A stretch of DNA of 64,000 bases from Aplysia californica. Taxonomy: Eukaryota. The stretch is from the NCBI RefSeq assembly GCF_000002075.1, contig NW_004797476.1:123327-187326 (forward strand). Direction: 5' to 3'. The notes beneath the pieces are model-generated. The model ran no database searches and had not been told where the DNA came from. It saw only the letters and a program-made list of their open reading frames with translations. Shown one piece after another: positions 27,745-41,000 of this stretch; within the stretch, counting starts at the first letter, position 1; the number at the start of each line of letters is the position of its first letter. The position numbers were made by a program, and so were the translations under genes.

Positions 27745-27960
27745 TCAGTAGCCTAGTCACAGTGGTTAGACTACCGGACTCGTAATTGTGAGATTGCGGG
27801 TTTGGGAGTTCGAGCCTCAGCTCGGTCCGACATTGTGTCCTTGGGAAAGGCACTTTACACAAGTGTCCCATTTGGCTCTGTCATTTCGGAGACGGACGTT
27901 TTACTAGGAGGCCCCGCCTGTTAAATAACTTTAGTGTTGATAGGAGCATTAAACCCATAC
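27745..27960 (+). mobile_element. tRNA-derived CORE-type SINE
   Basis: A-box-like TAGTCACAGTGG, B-box GAGTTCGAGCC, CORE-like GTGTCCTTGGGAAAGGCACTTTAC, tail GTGTTGATAGGAGCATTAAACCC. Confidence 0.75.
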
Positions 27961-27991
27961 CATTTCCCCATTCTTATTTTCTGTCTGTCTC

Positions 27992-28044
<53 letters not shown>

Positions 28045-28764
28045 ACCTATCTTTTTGTTTTCAGGTTGCTTAGTTAGTGTCATGTTGTTGCACTACGTTT
28101 CAGATGGCCCTGATTCATATTTCCAAAGACTTTCTCTTCAATAACTTGCTTTACTTTACCATTACTTCTCCAATCCAGCGGCTATCTGAGTTTGAGCCCT
28201 TTAGCCTGTTGATTGTGACTGAGCAATTGATGATTTACAGGTTTTTACTAGCTGTGTTTTGTCACTGTAGAGAGTGTTCCCGAAATCTGGGGAGGCAGGT
28301 AGGCAGATACTTCAGTCCTTCACGGCTTGTTGTGTGCATAGCAGAAGGGGGGGACATATCATTGACATAAAGTGGGCGGTTGGCGGGTGCTCTGATGTGG
28401 GTTGCTGCTTCTGCCCTATCAAACTATATTTCTCCACCTTCTTTTTTCTTTGTATATTTACTTTGTTGTAACACCTGTAATCTTTGGCACCTAAATTGCT
28501 GAACTGATGCAAGTGTCATAAAACGCTTACTAAAACTAAAGCTGCATTAATATCTCAGCACTTAAATTTACGAATGGTTGCAAGTGCCGTAAAACGCATA
28601 CTAAAACTAAATTAACTTGGGTTGCTACGGCAGTTTTACAGGCTTTCCACCAACGCACTCTTTAATACTTCACACCTCTCTCTGCTGGGTTTTTGTCAAA
28701 ATTGTAAATGTTTTATGCCCTCTTTGACACATTCAATTAGGTCGTGGATATTGAGACAGGCTGT

Positions 28765-29278
28765 GGGGGTGTCTCGTGGCCAAGAAGTTAAGGTGTTCAC
28801 CTCTCATTCAATAGATCCCGGGTTCGAGCCTGAAGAGCCACGGAAAATTTTCTTCTCTACAATTGTTTCCTTTCACCTCCTTTCATGCTCTCTTGCAATG
28901 TTCTGTCGTCTGCTTTCTCCTTCACTTTCTGCCCCCCCCCCCCCCAACCCCCTTTGTCTCCTCCTCGTGGGCTCCTGACTCATTCTGCAGCCTTTCTACT
29001 GCTACTCCCTGGCTCCGTCACACCCCTGACCTTGTGGTAGGAAAGATCTACTCATAGCCTTCTTGGATAAGGGTGAACAATTTCGGAAGTCCCGTGTTCA
29101 AGTTGCGCACGTTAAAGATCTCTTGGTGGTCCAAAATCGATGAACGTAGGCTTCAGCAGCAACCCGGGCAAAATTCAAAATCTTCTTCCAATTGAAAATG
29201 TTTAGTGTGTCCCACGCGCTCATATGACCTAATGCAGTTGCAAGCGCCGTAAAACACTCACCAAAAAAAGAAAAAAAA
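28765..29278 (+). mobile_element. tRNA-derived SINE with Nin/Deu-like domain, copy 2
   Basis: A-box, B-box GGTTCGAGCC, A-rich tail, 11-bp TSD AGACAGGCTGT/AGACAGGTTGT. A fragment of the same family lies at about 10370-10440. Confidence 0.88.
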
Positions 29279-29812
29279 AGACAGGTTGTTTCGATCCTTC
29301 AGGCTTCAGCGTTAACTTGGGCTGTGTGGGGGGGGATACTATATTTGACAACTATTAGTCATTCAACAGAATATCTTCTACAAGTCGGATCCAAACTCAT
29401 TTCTTTAGCATTACTCTACTATTTCATTATATGAATATGAACCGATCAATATTGATCTTCTCGAAATTGTGTTTCTACCATACACGAGACCGTTCACGAA
29501 ACTGCTTAATCATAATTACTTAAGCCGATAAAAAAAAATAGCGAGTCATAAAATTAGCGAAGTTGGTACGCTTCTCTCCCCTTACAAAGCTCTTTATAAT
29601 GAAAGTCTTAATCTGTCTTAAAAAGACGAACGGTTCTGGAATGGGTTCATTCTGTTCCTGACGATTTTGTACTGGGATTTCAATATTTTTAAAAACCCAT
29701 TTGCCAATTTATAAAAATCTAATGCAACATTTTTTTAACTACTATGGAATGGGCTAGGTCATAACTGAAGCACTTACATTCAAAATATGAAAAGTCTGAC
29801 ATATTAAAGGAA

Positions 29813-29984
29813 GTTGCCATTTTGATTATCTACACTGTTCAAGAATAAAGATTATCCTGTTCCAGAATCACACCAAATGGAACATTGTTGTAGCAACGAC
29901 TGCATTCGCTTCTTCCGGTGTTCAAACTGCAGCCTCCTATCAAGGGGCTTAGCCTATCTTTAGTATTTTGATAAAACTTAACAG
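29813..29984 (+). promoter_or_regulatory. Candidate LRRC34 promoter and non-coding first exon
   Basis: X-box-like ATTGTTGTAGCAAC (29884-29897), GTTGCCAT/GCCATTTT (29813-29823), ETS-type CTTCCGGT (29912-29919), then donor CAG|GTATGA at 29985. The first coding exon has its own acceptor at 32741. Confidence 0.55.
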
Positions 29985-30111
29985 GTATGATTTACTTTAG
30001 TATATTTGAAGAAACAGATCTTCCTTTGAAATCTTATAATGTTTGATTTAATGCATTACTTCAACGGTGTAAAATAGTGTCAAGATCTCTGTACATAGAA
30101 TAGACATAATA

Positions 30112-30175
30112 TAGATCTTGATCTAGATATCTAGATCTAGATCTAGATCTAGATCTAGATCTAGATATCTAGATA
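30112..30175. repeat. (AGATCT)n self-complementary microsatellite
   Basis: TAGATCTAGATCTAGATCT... directly visible. Confidence 0.9.
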
Positions 30176-30317
30176 GGCCTAAAGTTTAGCCCCAAAAGTC
30201 TAAATAAAAGACGATTAAAACTTAAGACCTAGGCTAATTGGTAGGCCCTACGCCCAGCGATCCTTCACTCGTCCGAAATACACCAGCACTGTAAGTGCAA
30301 GTCCCTTAACTTGTTAA

Positions 30318-31036
30318 CACATTACAGTACACCCTAAGGGCCTGGACGGGAAGTCCATTGTTAGATCCTAAGCAAGGGGAAAGAACCCACCTCCCTTGAA
30401 TACAAGCCTTTAAAAAACACATTTTAAAAATACTAAACAAATTCCAAAAATCCTGAAAAAATAAAAGTTAAAAAGAAAACTGAATGTAGTTTCAGAAAAA
30501 TATAACTTTATGTATGCGCATACTGTTGGAAATGTTCTCACTTTAGTTCAATTGGGGTGTCCGACCCGTCACTCTCACTCTCAGCCTCGCGGTCGGGCCC
30601 TAGATCTAAATTCTATAATTTCTCCGTCTGATCAATCGGAATCGCCCCAAACTCTTCCTACAACGTTTTCATCAAAATCTGAGCCATCTGATTTGTCACA
30701 TGCTCGTTTTTGCTCAAATCCATCGTTATTTCCGTTTTCGAACTCAATTGTGTCGCTTTTCAACAAGTTGAGGCACTTTCGAAGTGTCGGTAACGCGATC
30801 GCACTTCGATCAGCTCTAATACTAAAACTACTAGCCGGAAAAATTTCGTTTCGGTATCAAACGAAAGAAGAAACTTTTTGCTATACTATGCAAATCAAAT
30901 CCCGGCCCCAGAGTCTCGTCAAGGCGAGACTTTCGTTTCTAAAGACGCTGGGTCGGCGCGGGCGGTTCCGGGCGAGTCAGGGTGGAGCGCGTAAGGGAAT
31001 TCCCGGGCGATCCCGGGCGAGTTAGGGTGTAATGTG
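30318..31036. mobile_element. piggyBac-like non-autonomous element
   Basis: TTAA|CACATTAC(AGTAC)ACCCTAA ... TTAGGGTGTAATGTG|TTAA. Confidence 0.75.
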
Positions 31037-31088
31037 TTAAAAAAGATATTAACACTACTTTAAAAATTGTCGAATTGAACGACTGCTG

Positions 31089-32076
31089 GGCGATTTTGTA
31101 GTTCCGTTCGTTAAAGCCCAAAGCTGAAAGCTAGAGACCCTCAATTGCCAGGTAATTGTTGAGGAGCAAATCAAAATTCAAGCAAAGAAAAGCCCTTTTT
31201 CGGCAGTTCCCACACCCAATTATTATTCGCCAGTTAATTGGGCCTTAACCCTAGAAGCACTCAGCGTTTCACCGGAAGTAACCTGCCAAAAATGCCCCGC
31301 CGCCACGGCCGATCAGTTGTAAACATGGGGGTTTGGCGGGGGGGGGAAACAGCTGAGATACCCGAAATGTATACCTGCTACTGAAAAATGACCATTTACG
31401 GCTCAACAGATGATAAAAAGCATATAAAAGCATATATTTTCTTTATGATCAGCCATCAAACAAATACAAACAATGCAGAGAACGGGATAGACTCAACAAT
31501 TAGTACATCAGCAAGGCGAAACAAGTGATAACACATAGCGTGTAGTCTCTCAGCGGGACCGCGTCACTTTATCGATCGATATCTCGGCCAAGAGACGCTC
31601 TACGAGGTCAAGATAACTTGCAAAGTCATTGGTCACTATTTATAACTTTGGCCTGTAATTGACTACGTCATTTTCCATATAAGGAACACTGGAATTTTCC
31701 ATTGAAAAGGGTCAGCGTCTATGCCCTTTATATAGGGCCTGCGCGCTTCCCGGTCGAAGTAGGTCAGCCCTATATATAGGACGTGCGCGCTTCCCGGGTA
31801 GCCCGGCTCACGCCCTTTATATAGGGCCTGCGCGCTTCCAGGGTTAAGCCCCCAGCTTGCCCCCCTGACCTGATCTTATATATATGGAAGGGGAAGGGGG
31901 GGGGGGGGTTCAGGGGTGTTCAGGGGGGTATGAATTTTACCATAATTTGATGTTTTGCAGTTATGTTGTATCCCTATTCTTTGTGTTGCCTATTTGGTCA
32001 TCAAGACTTCCGGATTTCTTCTCTTGATTTAAACGAATGGGTGGTGGACTTTAACGAACGGAACTACAAGATCACC
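31089..32076. mobile_element. Merlin-like non-autonomous element (GG..CC ends, 8-bp TSD)
   Basis: ~31-bp TIR GGCGATTTTGTAGTTCCGTTCGTTAAAGCCCA / TGGACTTTAACGAACGGAACTACAAGATCACC; perfect TSD GACTGCTG (31081-31088, 32077-32084). Superfamily inferred from ends and TSD only. Confidence 0.8.
31249..31843. mobile_element. piggyBac-like MITE nested in the Merlin-like element
   Basis: TTAA|CCCTAGAAGCAC ... GCGCTTCCAGGG|TTAA; three subterminal copies of GCCCT(T/A)TATATAGG..TGCGCGCTTCC. Confidence 0.8.
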
Positions 32077-32753
32077 GACTGCTGCAAATATATAATCAAT
32101 TAGATCTAGTTTTGTATTTCAAAGAGAGTTGCTGTCTCTATACGCGAAACAGTTTTGTTTATTTAAAATTTTAGCATTCTGAACCTGATCTTCTTATTTT
32201 TTTTACTTGTGTTTAGTGTTTTTTTATCTGTAATTAATGTACTACATCTAATATGAACTTCATTGTTGGGTGTGTAGAAAACGTGGGCATAGGCCTCTCT
32301 ATGCTATTTTTCTGTCCTGGAAATCGACTTAACAAAGTACGATTATTATGAGGGGCTCTATTTGTTTTATATGCAGTTAAAGTAGAATAATCTTGTCTTA
32401 TTAATATTACAATAATTATAATAATAACTGTCATACCATTTGACACTAGATCTATATACCTCACTTTCTTGCTGGCTTAAGTTCTGTTTAGCGGACTGAT
32501 CACAATGAAATGGTGTTTGAGGATGAAACCTAAAGTGTTTAAATCTTGAAAGAAGACTTTGTGAATAAAGTGTGTAGGCCTATACTTTCTCAATGTCATC
32601 TTCCCCCCCCCCTCCCCTTTTTTTTTCTTGTGTCATAATTCTGAGTAAAACACAGGAATAAGTGCAAAGACAGAAGCTCTTATTAGTAAAGTTGCATTAA
32701 GTTTTACTGTGACTTTAATTCTTATAATTCTGACCTTCCAGAAACCTGCCAAG

Positions 32754-32869
32754 ATGTCTGATATTATATCTACTGTACTGTCCTTCGAGGCTGCTTGTGT
32801 GGAGCTTTCTCTTGAAAAACCACAGTACATGGCCAACATGTTTGAACGAGAAAAAGAGAACAATGTACT
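32754..32869 (+). CDS. LRRC34: LRRC34 coding exon 1
   Basis: Acceptor TTCCAG at 32741, GCCAAGATG start context, MSDIISTVLSFEAACVEL...ENNV, donor CT|GTAAGT; phase matches the next exon. Confidence 0.75.
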
Positions 32870-34968
32870 GTAAGTGACCAGCGTATTTTGAAATGATATC
32901 CACAGGGATTTTGACTTTATAATGATTTTCACAGAGTGTTTTCTCTTCCAGACACTGAACTCACTGGCTATGTAGTGTTACAGTGTCATACTAAGGAAGA
33001 CAGAGGTTCAATATAATTCTTTCCTTTGAAAATGAGATCACATAATTATATGAACCATACAATTGGGATTTTATTGCTGAGATATATGTGCCTGAATGTT
33101 TTGTTAAATCTAGCATATATGGGCCCTAGTCCACGGTTTTACTCAGCCTGTCAACAAGCACTTTAAAGTATTTTTTTTACTCTACGGTAGCGCCCCTTAC
33201 AATTTTTGTTTTAACTCAGCATTTGCAGTAGGAACATTAAATAGGCATATCAAAATGACCAGAATTTAATATTCTATGCTGGCAAATCAAAGAACAGTGA
33301 GAAGAATTATATGAGAGTGCGAATTTTTTGTGGTTGACAGACTAGTGCATGGGCCTGGTTGTGAAGTGGTGGGTCTCTCAATGTCAACTTTGACTTCATC
33401 TGAATCCAACTGACTAGAGTCCTATATTATGTCCTTCTAAATATTCAAGAAGCAATTTGCTCGCTTGTTTGCTGCTGTAACGCTTTAGCCTTCCACTCAA
33501 GTTAGTGTTAAAAGCAACCATTATGAACCTTTTGTATGTCTGGCGTTATTTCTAGTGGCTTTTAGCAGCATAAAAAAAAAAATGTTAACTGGTACTATGT
33601 TTTAGATTTCTTTTTTTGAAATTCAGCATTATCGATTTATAGATCATGTCTAAAGCACATACACTCTGGTATTGTTGTTATGATAGCAATTGCACTGATG
33701 TTGTTTGTTATGAAGTGATTTCATCTCTGCACTTTGATATCACGTTTTTACACAGTCGTCAACAGAGCAACGAGTGAGTAGTGTGGACTGCATTCCTGTT
33801 TGTTTTTGCACCTCTCATTTATCACTGATCTGTAATGTACAGTGCGCACTTTTGATGAACTGAAAACTCCTGTTTTACATAGCTTGGGGGCCAGATTGTG
33901 TATACAAGGATCCTTTGTACTTGACATATCAACTTTTGTGTTCAATTTCAGCCTTTGTATGATAGGGAGAAAAGGATGATAAACATCAACAAATCAATAT
34001 GCACCTCGATCCCCCCCCCCAGCCCCCTGCCATCCCCACAGGCACACCTACCGACCCTCCCTTATTACTGATAGTCATGGTATTTACAGTTAAACTGCAA
34101 TCACGTTGATGATTTTATGTTCATGTTTTGCAAGGCCTGCTTTATTTTCTATTTCCAATATTCACATTTTTTTCCTGTTTCCTTTTTTTGGTGTATATAT
34201 ATTTTCATTGTTTGGATTTGGTTTTCTGTGAATACTATCTGTCAACTTTTTGTTGGACAATTATTGTAAGATGTTGATGGTAAAACTGGTTGTCACCTTG
34301 ATGATTCTGTTTTTTGTTTTTTTTCATACTTTACCTTCTTTTTTTATTCACAATGCTTTTATTTTTTTCCTTTTTGCAGTTCATCTCTTCTTTGTCTGAG
34401 CTTTTGGTTTTTGGGGTTTTTCTTTGTTTGATTTAAAAAAAAGTATATTTAAAAGTTTAGTGTTTTTGCATGTTGCGCAAAAGTCTAGCAATCTCTGCCT
34501 AAGATCTATTGGCTTAGGAATCATCAGGCAGAGTAGTAGGCAAATTTAGTTTTAACACTTTCTTATGAATTATGAACAACCCCTCACTGAAGCTGAATAA
34601 TCTCCCTTTATTTAAAAATCAGATCAGTCATTGACCCCAGCCTCATGAGTGAAGTTATTGATTTGATAATGAGATTGCTTTGAACACACATGTTCTTAAT
34701 TTATAGAGACAGGTAGAGCCAGAGATACTGTTAAAGTTGAAGTCAAACAATCACTTTGACTTTGTTTTTGTTTTTGTTTCCCTTTCATTATTCAGTTTTC
34801 AGTTTCTTTCTTTTTTTTCTTTGGTTCATTTGCTGGGTTTTTAAAATTGTATCTTTGTTGTTCTGGTTCTTATTTCCTGTGATCGTTCAGAGTCAACTCT
34901 CCATAATGAAAGTATGCAGTGGCCATATTTTTTAATACTGTAGCCGTGCTCTTGCCCCCCCCCCCTCA

Positions 34969-35005
<37 letters not shown>

Positions 35006-38000
35006 ACACACACAGAGCCGCCCCTTCCCAACATTTTTATTTGTTGACATGAATGTTAAATGAAATGCAGCTTGAATTTATTCACTATCATAACAGATGT
35101 TGTTATGCAGTGTTTTGTTGTTAGGAAAAAACCCAACTGTTTACAAAATTGCTGTGTGAATCGTTAGCATTTGTTTCCTCAGTTTCATCTGACTACTATT
35201 GTTGGCTGTGATTCCTCTCGTAACCAACAACAGACCCTTTCATTTAACATCTTGACTGTTTTCAATCAAATTTACATTTCCTTTAGTTAGCCTATGGATT
35301 GGCTTGGGCCCCTTCACAAATTGGAGTTAGAATAATTTTCTTTTTATAATGTAACTGAAAGTGAAAGCAGAAAAACGTCATTGTCAATAGAATTAATCTG
35401 TTTTAATGGTATGACTTGAAAGTAAAATCAATTCAATTTCTTTATTTTTAATTTTGGTTTGTTTAAATTTTTGATACATATATTGCATGTTCATTTTTAT
35501 GTTGACAACCTATGGTTAACCTGTGCAAGTAATTGTCTTTGATTTGTTATTAGTTGAACATCTTAACTGGAAATCCTCTCAACTTCAGATTAACCTGACC
35601 TTTTTTAACAATGAATGCCACAGCAAGGGCATGTGCAGAAATAGTTATTTGTTTCTCTCCAGTAAAGTTGTGGTAATTATTGATTATGTGCAGTACTTAC
35701 AACACACACAAAGTCTACTTCTTTCCTTTCTGGTCTCTGTGTAATTTGGGGTTGTTGGTTTTTCAAATTCCTTGCATCCCAATAAAATGTAACTTACTTT
35801 AATTCAATAGGCATTTAGGTAACTGGTGTTATAATTCAGTTGAAGGTAAAAGAAGAAAAGATGGGAGGATTCAGCATCTTGAGAACTAATCAGATAGTGA
35901 TTGTCAGGTTTCTCAGCATGTGGTTGAAGGTACCGAAGCTATTTGTATGACTGACTCCTACTTCTTTTCAGTGAAATTGTTAACTTAATTTGGTGAAAAG
36001 TGCCCATTTTTTTGCTGAGCTACTTTAAAGTGCAGCTCAACGTTTGGTACCTGTAGTTTTATTCTCTTTTTGAAGTGTTCTCTTCTGTTTTCTATCTATC
36101 AGTGTGTAGGGTTTTTCCTAACCAAAAATGCACGCAGGTTATACTTATGTCTTGGTCTTGTGTTAAATCATACTGTTTACTCATTATAAACTCTTTTTAA
36201 CATGTATGTTGTCATTTGACATCCCGTTTTATTATGTGTGAAATATAAAAACTTATTGAGTGGAAATGTACAGAGGATTGTTTTTTTCTTTTTATACACA
36301 CTTATACCATGTGTGCAGTATATATATATACAACACATATGATTTATCTCAAAGTTTCAACTTGTCTGGCTCTGCTGATAGTCATATATTGGCTTGATAG
36401 TAGTACTGGAAGCAGTTAAGAGTAAAACCAGCCCGACACAGGTAGTTTTGAATTGCAACTACTCTGAAAGACAAGTAATCGTGTTGATTTTTTGGGGGGT
36501 AAAATTCATTTTCATGAGGAATTTAAAAAATAATGTTTCAAGTTATATCTCTTGCTGAGTAACAAAGAAAGAAACATTGTTTTGATTAACCTCGATTCAC
36601 TTCTGAACTTTTGAAGGCCTACGTGGAAAAAAAGAAGCTCTTACAGTAGCATCAGCCTTTTATTTCATTTCGTTATATATATAATAATATATATTTCTGG
36701 ACCATGTTTTTTATAGACTAAAGATAGCCTGGTATCTTGAAAAAAATTACCTAGTTTGAACTTAAAGGNNNNNNNNNNNNNNNNNNNNNNNNNNNNNNNN
36801 NNNNNNNNNNNNNNNNNNNNNNNNNNNNNNNNNNNNNNNNNNNNNNNNNNNNNNNNNNNNNNNNNNNNNNNNNNNNNNNNNNNNNNNNNNNNNNNNNNNN
36901 NNNNNNNNNNNNNNNNNNNNNNNNNNNNNNNNNNNNNNNNNNNNNNNNNNNNNNNNNNNNNNNNNNNNNNNNNNNNNNNNNNNNNNNNNNNNNNNNNNNN
37001 NNNNNNNNNNNNNNNGTGGAGGTGGAGACAAAATTATTGATGGAGAAGTATGAGAGAGAGAATCTCTGAAAGAGACAGACAGATTTGGGAGGAGGGGGGT
37101 GGTGGGTGGAGGGAGGGGGGGAAGAAAAGTACCAAGGGGTCAAGACCGCTTTAGGTTTTCAAAAAGATATAATAAAAGTCCTCCCTTTCTTTACTTGTGT
37201 GTCAACTTTCTACCTCACCTCTTCAGAGAGTTCCAAGAGTCCATGCACCTGTACCTGGCCGGCGACCACCCTCAGTTGACCACGGCCAGGATCACCGATG
37301 TGGAGTGCGCCATTTTGTACAAGACGCTGGAGTACAACCAGTTCGTGCGCAGCATCGACCTCCGCTACAACAACATCACCGACCAGGGCTGTAACGCTCT
37401 AGGCAAACTTCTCAGTGTAAGTATTGAGAGAAGTACAAATGTTTAAAGTATTGTCATAAGTAGAGATAAGTCGCTACCCTAGGATATGGTACCAAAGTTC
37501 TATCTGAAATTTTTGGCTGTTTTGATTTACTAAGACCATGAGGAGAGAAACTAAATGTTCTATCTACTCTATCAAAATTGTAAGATTATTTGGAGTCATA
37601 AACAAAATATTCAGAGAATTGCATTTGAAAAAGCTTGATATGATGTGAAACTTAAAATCTTTCCCATTAAATTTCTCAAAGCTAGGTACTCAGCTGATAG
37701 AACTTTGAAATCTGAGATAGTGAAGTGTAATGATAAGTATGTAAATATAGACTAGTTATGTATAAATCTAGAGAGCAATAGGTAAGATTGCTGTAGAAAA
37801 GGATAACACAAAAATAGATAGGTATAGATATTCGTAGGTAAGTATTGTGACATACAGATAAGTACATGTATGTTAATTTTAAGAAAAGTATTGATATGAA
37901 TAAGCATAGATACATATTGAGAAGTTTAGGTAGAAAAAGACACATGAAGATATGTATAGAAAGGTATAATGAAATACAGATGCAGTATAGTGAAATAGAA

Positions 38001-41000
38001 ATGTATAGACAGATTTTTATTTGTACCAAGGGATCTTTAACGTACAAAACTTTCACATGAGATCTTTGAAATTTTAGTCATTATCCGAGAAGACTTCATG
38101 TTTGATCCTGCCTACCCATGGATCCTGGGATGTAGAAAACATGAAAAAGACCTTGACACTGACAAGGATTTAACTTTTGATCTTTGGATTGACAGGCAAA
38201 CACTAAACTTGTTGAGCCACTGAGCCCCCCTCCAGTGCTATGTTTGTTTCCATTCACAGACAAACAAATTCATCGAAGAACTCAATGTCATGTGCAATGA
38301 CTTTGGGGCAGAGGGAGCTGCTGCACTGGCTAAATCTTTGTTTGTGAGTTTGTCTTCTGTTGGCTTTGAAACTGTTAGAATATTTTTTAAATTCTACCTG
38401 TGTGGGTGTATGCTTGCTTGTGTTTGTACNNNNNNNNNNNNNNNNNNNNNNNNNNNNNNNNNNNNNNNNNNNNNNNNNNNNNNNNNNNNNNNNNNNNNNN
38501 NNNNNNNNNNNNNNNNNNNNNNNNNNNNNNNNNNNNNNNNNNNNNNNNNNNNNNNNNNNNNNNNNNNNNNNNNNNNNNNNNNATACTCATTATAATATTT
38601 TTAAATAATGCAAGGAAGGAAGCGGGAAGTGGTTTTTGGTGCTAGTGATTGTCTTGGCCAGGTTTGACTGTACTTTTGCATGAGAATCAAGCACCAGACC
38701 TTTGCTTAAATCTTTACAGATATTCGTACTGGTCTTTGTGTAACCAGCTCAAGTTCTTTATGTCATCCAATGGTGTACATTTGCTTAGCTTTGTGATAAT
38801 GTATGTAAATATTGAAAAGGTAAGAAACGCTGATTGGTTTATTCATAATTAATAACATTACTCTATTGAAGGACAAAAATTAATCAAAGTAGCACAAAAT
38901 CATTGGTCACTACAAGCTTTAGGTTAGAGTATTTTATTTTAACACCGCTAAAAAATAAAGATCCTGTAAACGAAAGAAAGGGAGGAAAGCGTTCAAATGG
39001 TGGACACAACCCATTTTGCCGTAAAACCCTTGGTATATTTTTTTTTTACTCCCCAGAACAACACTACTTTGAAAGTCCTGAGGTTGAATGGAAACAAAAT
39101 TGGCAATGCGGGTGGCATGGCCTTTGCTCAAATGCTACAGATCAACACAACCCTGAAAAGTCTCGACATTGGGGATGCTGATCTGGTACTTTCTTTTTGC
39201 ACATAATTTAAGATATATATTTTTTTAAATAAGAAGAAAGGGATAGATTGAGGTTTGATTTGGAGCATAATTGTAATGATTATAAAAAAATGCCCTTTGA
39301 ATGGAGCTAAGAGCATGCTCTGTGAAGTTTAAGACCATGATCTCCCCTATGGTATCTGTTTAACCCTCTGATCAGCACTGAAGTTGTTTTAACTTATTCA
39401 GCGCTGAGTGAAAATTTGTGCACTCCCCTGCTGTACTTAGTAATTTTTGAGTGAACGAGGTGGGTTAAGAAAAACACAGACAGCATTTCCCATCATATTA
39501 AGGGAAGACTCGGGTCGGCGATCCCAGACAATATAGATAAAAATTTTTCAAACTACCCAACTTTTGTTTTTTGCGGAAACACATCCTTTGACATCTGTTC
39601 TATAGGGTCACAATGACAAATCTGTTGAAAAAACACCCTAAATGACCTAAAACGGCGTTTGAAAAGTGCAAATTGCATTAAAAATTCTTTTAAAAATCCC
39701 TGTTTTTTTATGTTTTTCTCAAAATCTACTTTTTGACATATGTGATCTCCTTGGTGCAAGGAGTTTTCAAAACTACGAAAGCTAGAAGCTTCAAATTTAG
39801 CGTACAGTCGCTTTAAGATCTATTCTAGGGATCTATCTGAGGGAATTGGGAAATATTGGTAACTTTTGGAATTATTCAATTTTTTTTGTAATATCATGTA
39901 CCTCAAAATTTTGTCAACTGACTCTTGGGGGTTCATTGACTTTGGGCTCCCTTTTTTAGTTCTAAAGATATGTCAAAATCCTTACATGGATCCCCAGTCC
40001 ATATAGGTTTGTACTTGTGTGCCAAATTTCAGGCTGATAATTCAATATTTACTGTGAAATTCTTCTGCACTAAGAAACTGGTTTGAAAATCCAAGATGGC
40101 CGTCATATAGACCCATTTTTCAGAAAAAAATCAGCAAATTCACCCTTAGTACTTCCTATTTACCTATGAACTTCTTGTACAATTACATGAAAGTGAATAA
40201 AAGACTTTCATTTAGAAAATTTTTCCTAGAGTGTACGTCTCCCCTTAACGCCACGGAAGTACCTAAAACATATCCTGAATGCTTTCATTTTACTCGATTG
40301 ACTATAGAAAAAGGCAGAGCTAGTGACCTAGCTAGCATGATTATGGCGCCCCAAATCTATTTGATGTCTTTTATTGAACTTTTTGCTTTCTGAAGAGGCA
40401 ACGTGGGTTTTGTAAGAATCCTTGACAAATGCATGCAGATGCAAACCCGCAGTGTGAACATTTTCATCTGTAGTGCTGAATGACTAAGAGGTGGGTCTTC
40501 AGAATTTAATGAAGTTAAGAAAGCCTCCTTGGGGTTTACCCCTTGAGCCCTGTCCTCCTGATGCTACCATGCCTCTCTGCCTGAGTTCCTGCATGATACC
40601 TTTCTAACATTCATGTGATCGTCAGAATTACATTCCATATAATATATATCCCACTGCATGGTGGTAGTCCTCATCATTACTAGCTTCGAATTCAGAAAGA
40701 TCTTTAAAATAATCAGTAATGTCCTGTGTAGTAAACAAAGTTTCGCACGCAAGTTTTGTCCCAGGCAGGCCGGTTTGAGGATAGGTCTCTCTCACTGTTG
40801 TACCGGTGGCTAGGCATGCAGGCAATTTTATGTGCCACCCATGTACCGGTGACAGGGGTTCAAAGGTTTAAAAACGAGTCATTCGCACTGCTGTCCAGTA
40901 TGATATTGATGGAACAATTCTGAGTTTTTGAATTTGAAGTGCTCAACAGCATCTTTATCCTACTTTTTTTATTTCCATTTTTTCAGATATTGTCTTGTCA

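Noticed and set aside
30510-31025. 171-aa ORF, the longest in the track
   Set aside because: Lies within a TTAA-flanked non-autonomous element and has no transposase or other motif
31722-31843. Three spaced ~30-bp direct repeats superficially like a CRISPR array
   Set aside because: Eukaryotic context, short irregular spacers, and they are subterminal repeats of a piggyBac-like MITE
36751-37143. ORFs spanning N-runs (also at 22459, 38290, 42986)
   Set aside because: Artefacts of assembly gaps; the LRRC34 model is complete without exons in the gaps
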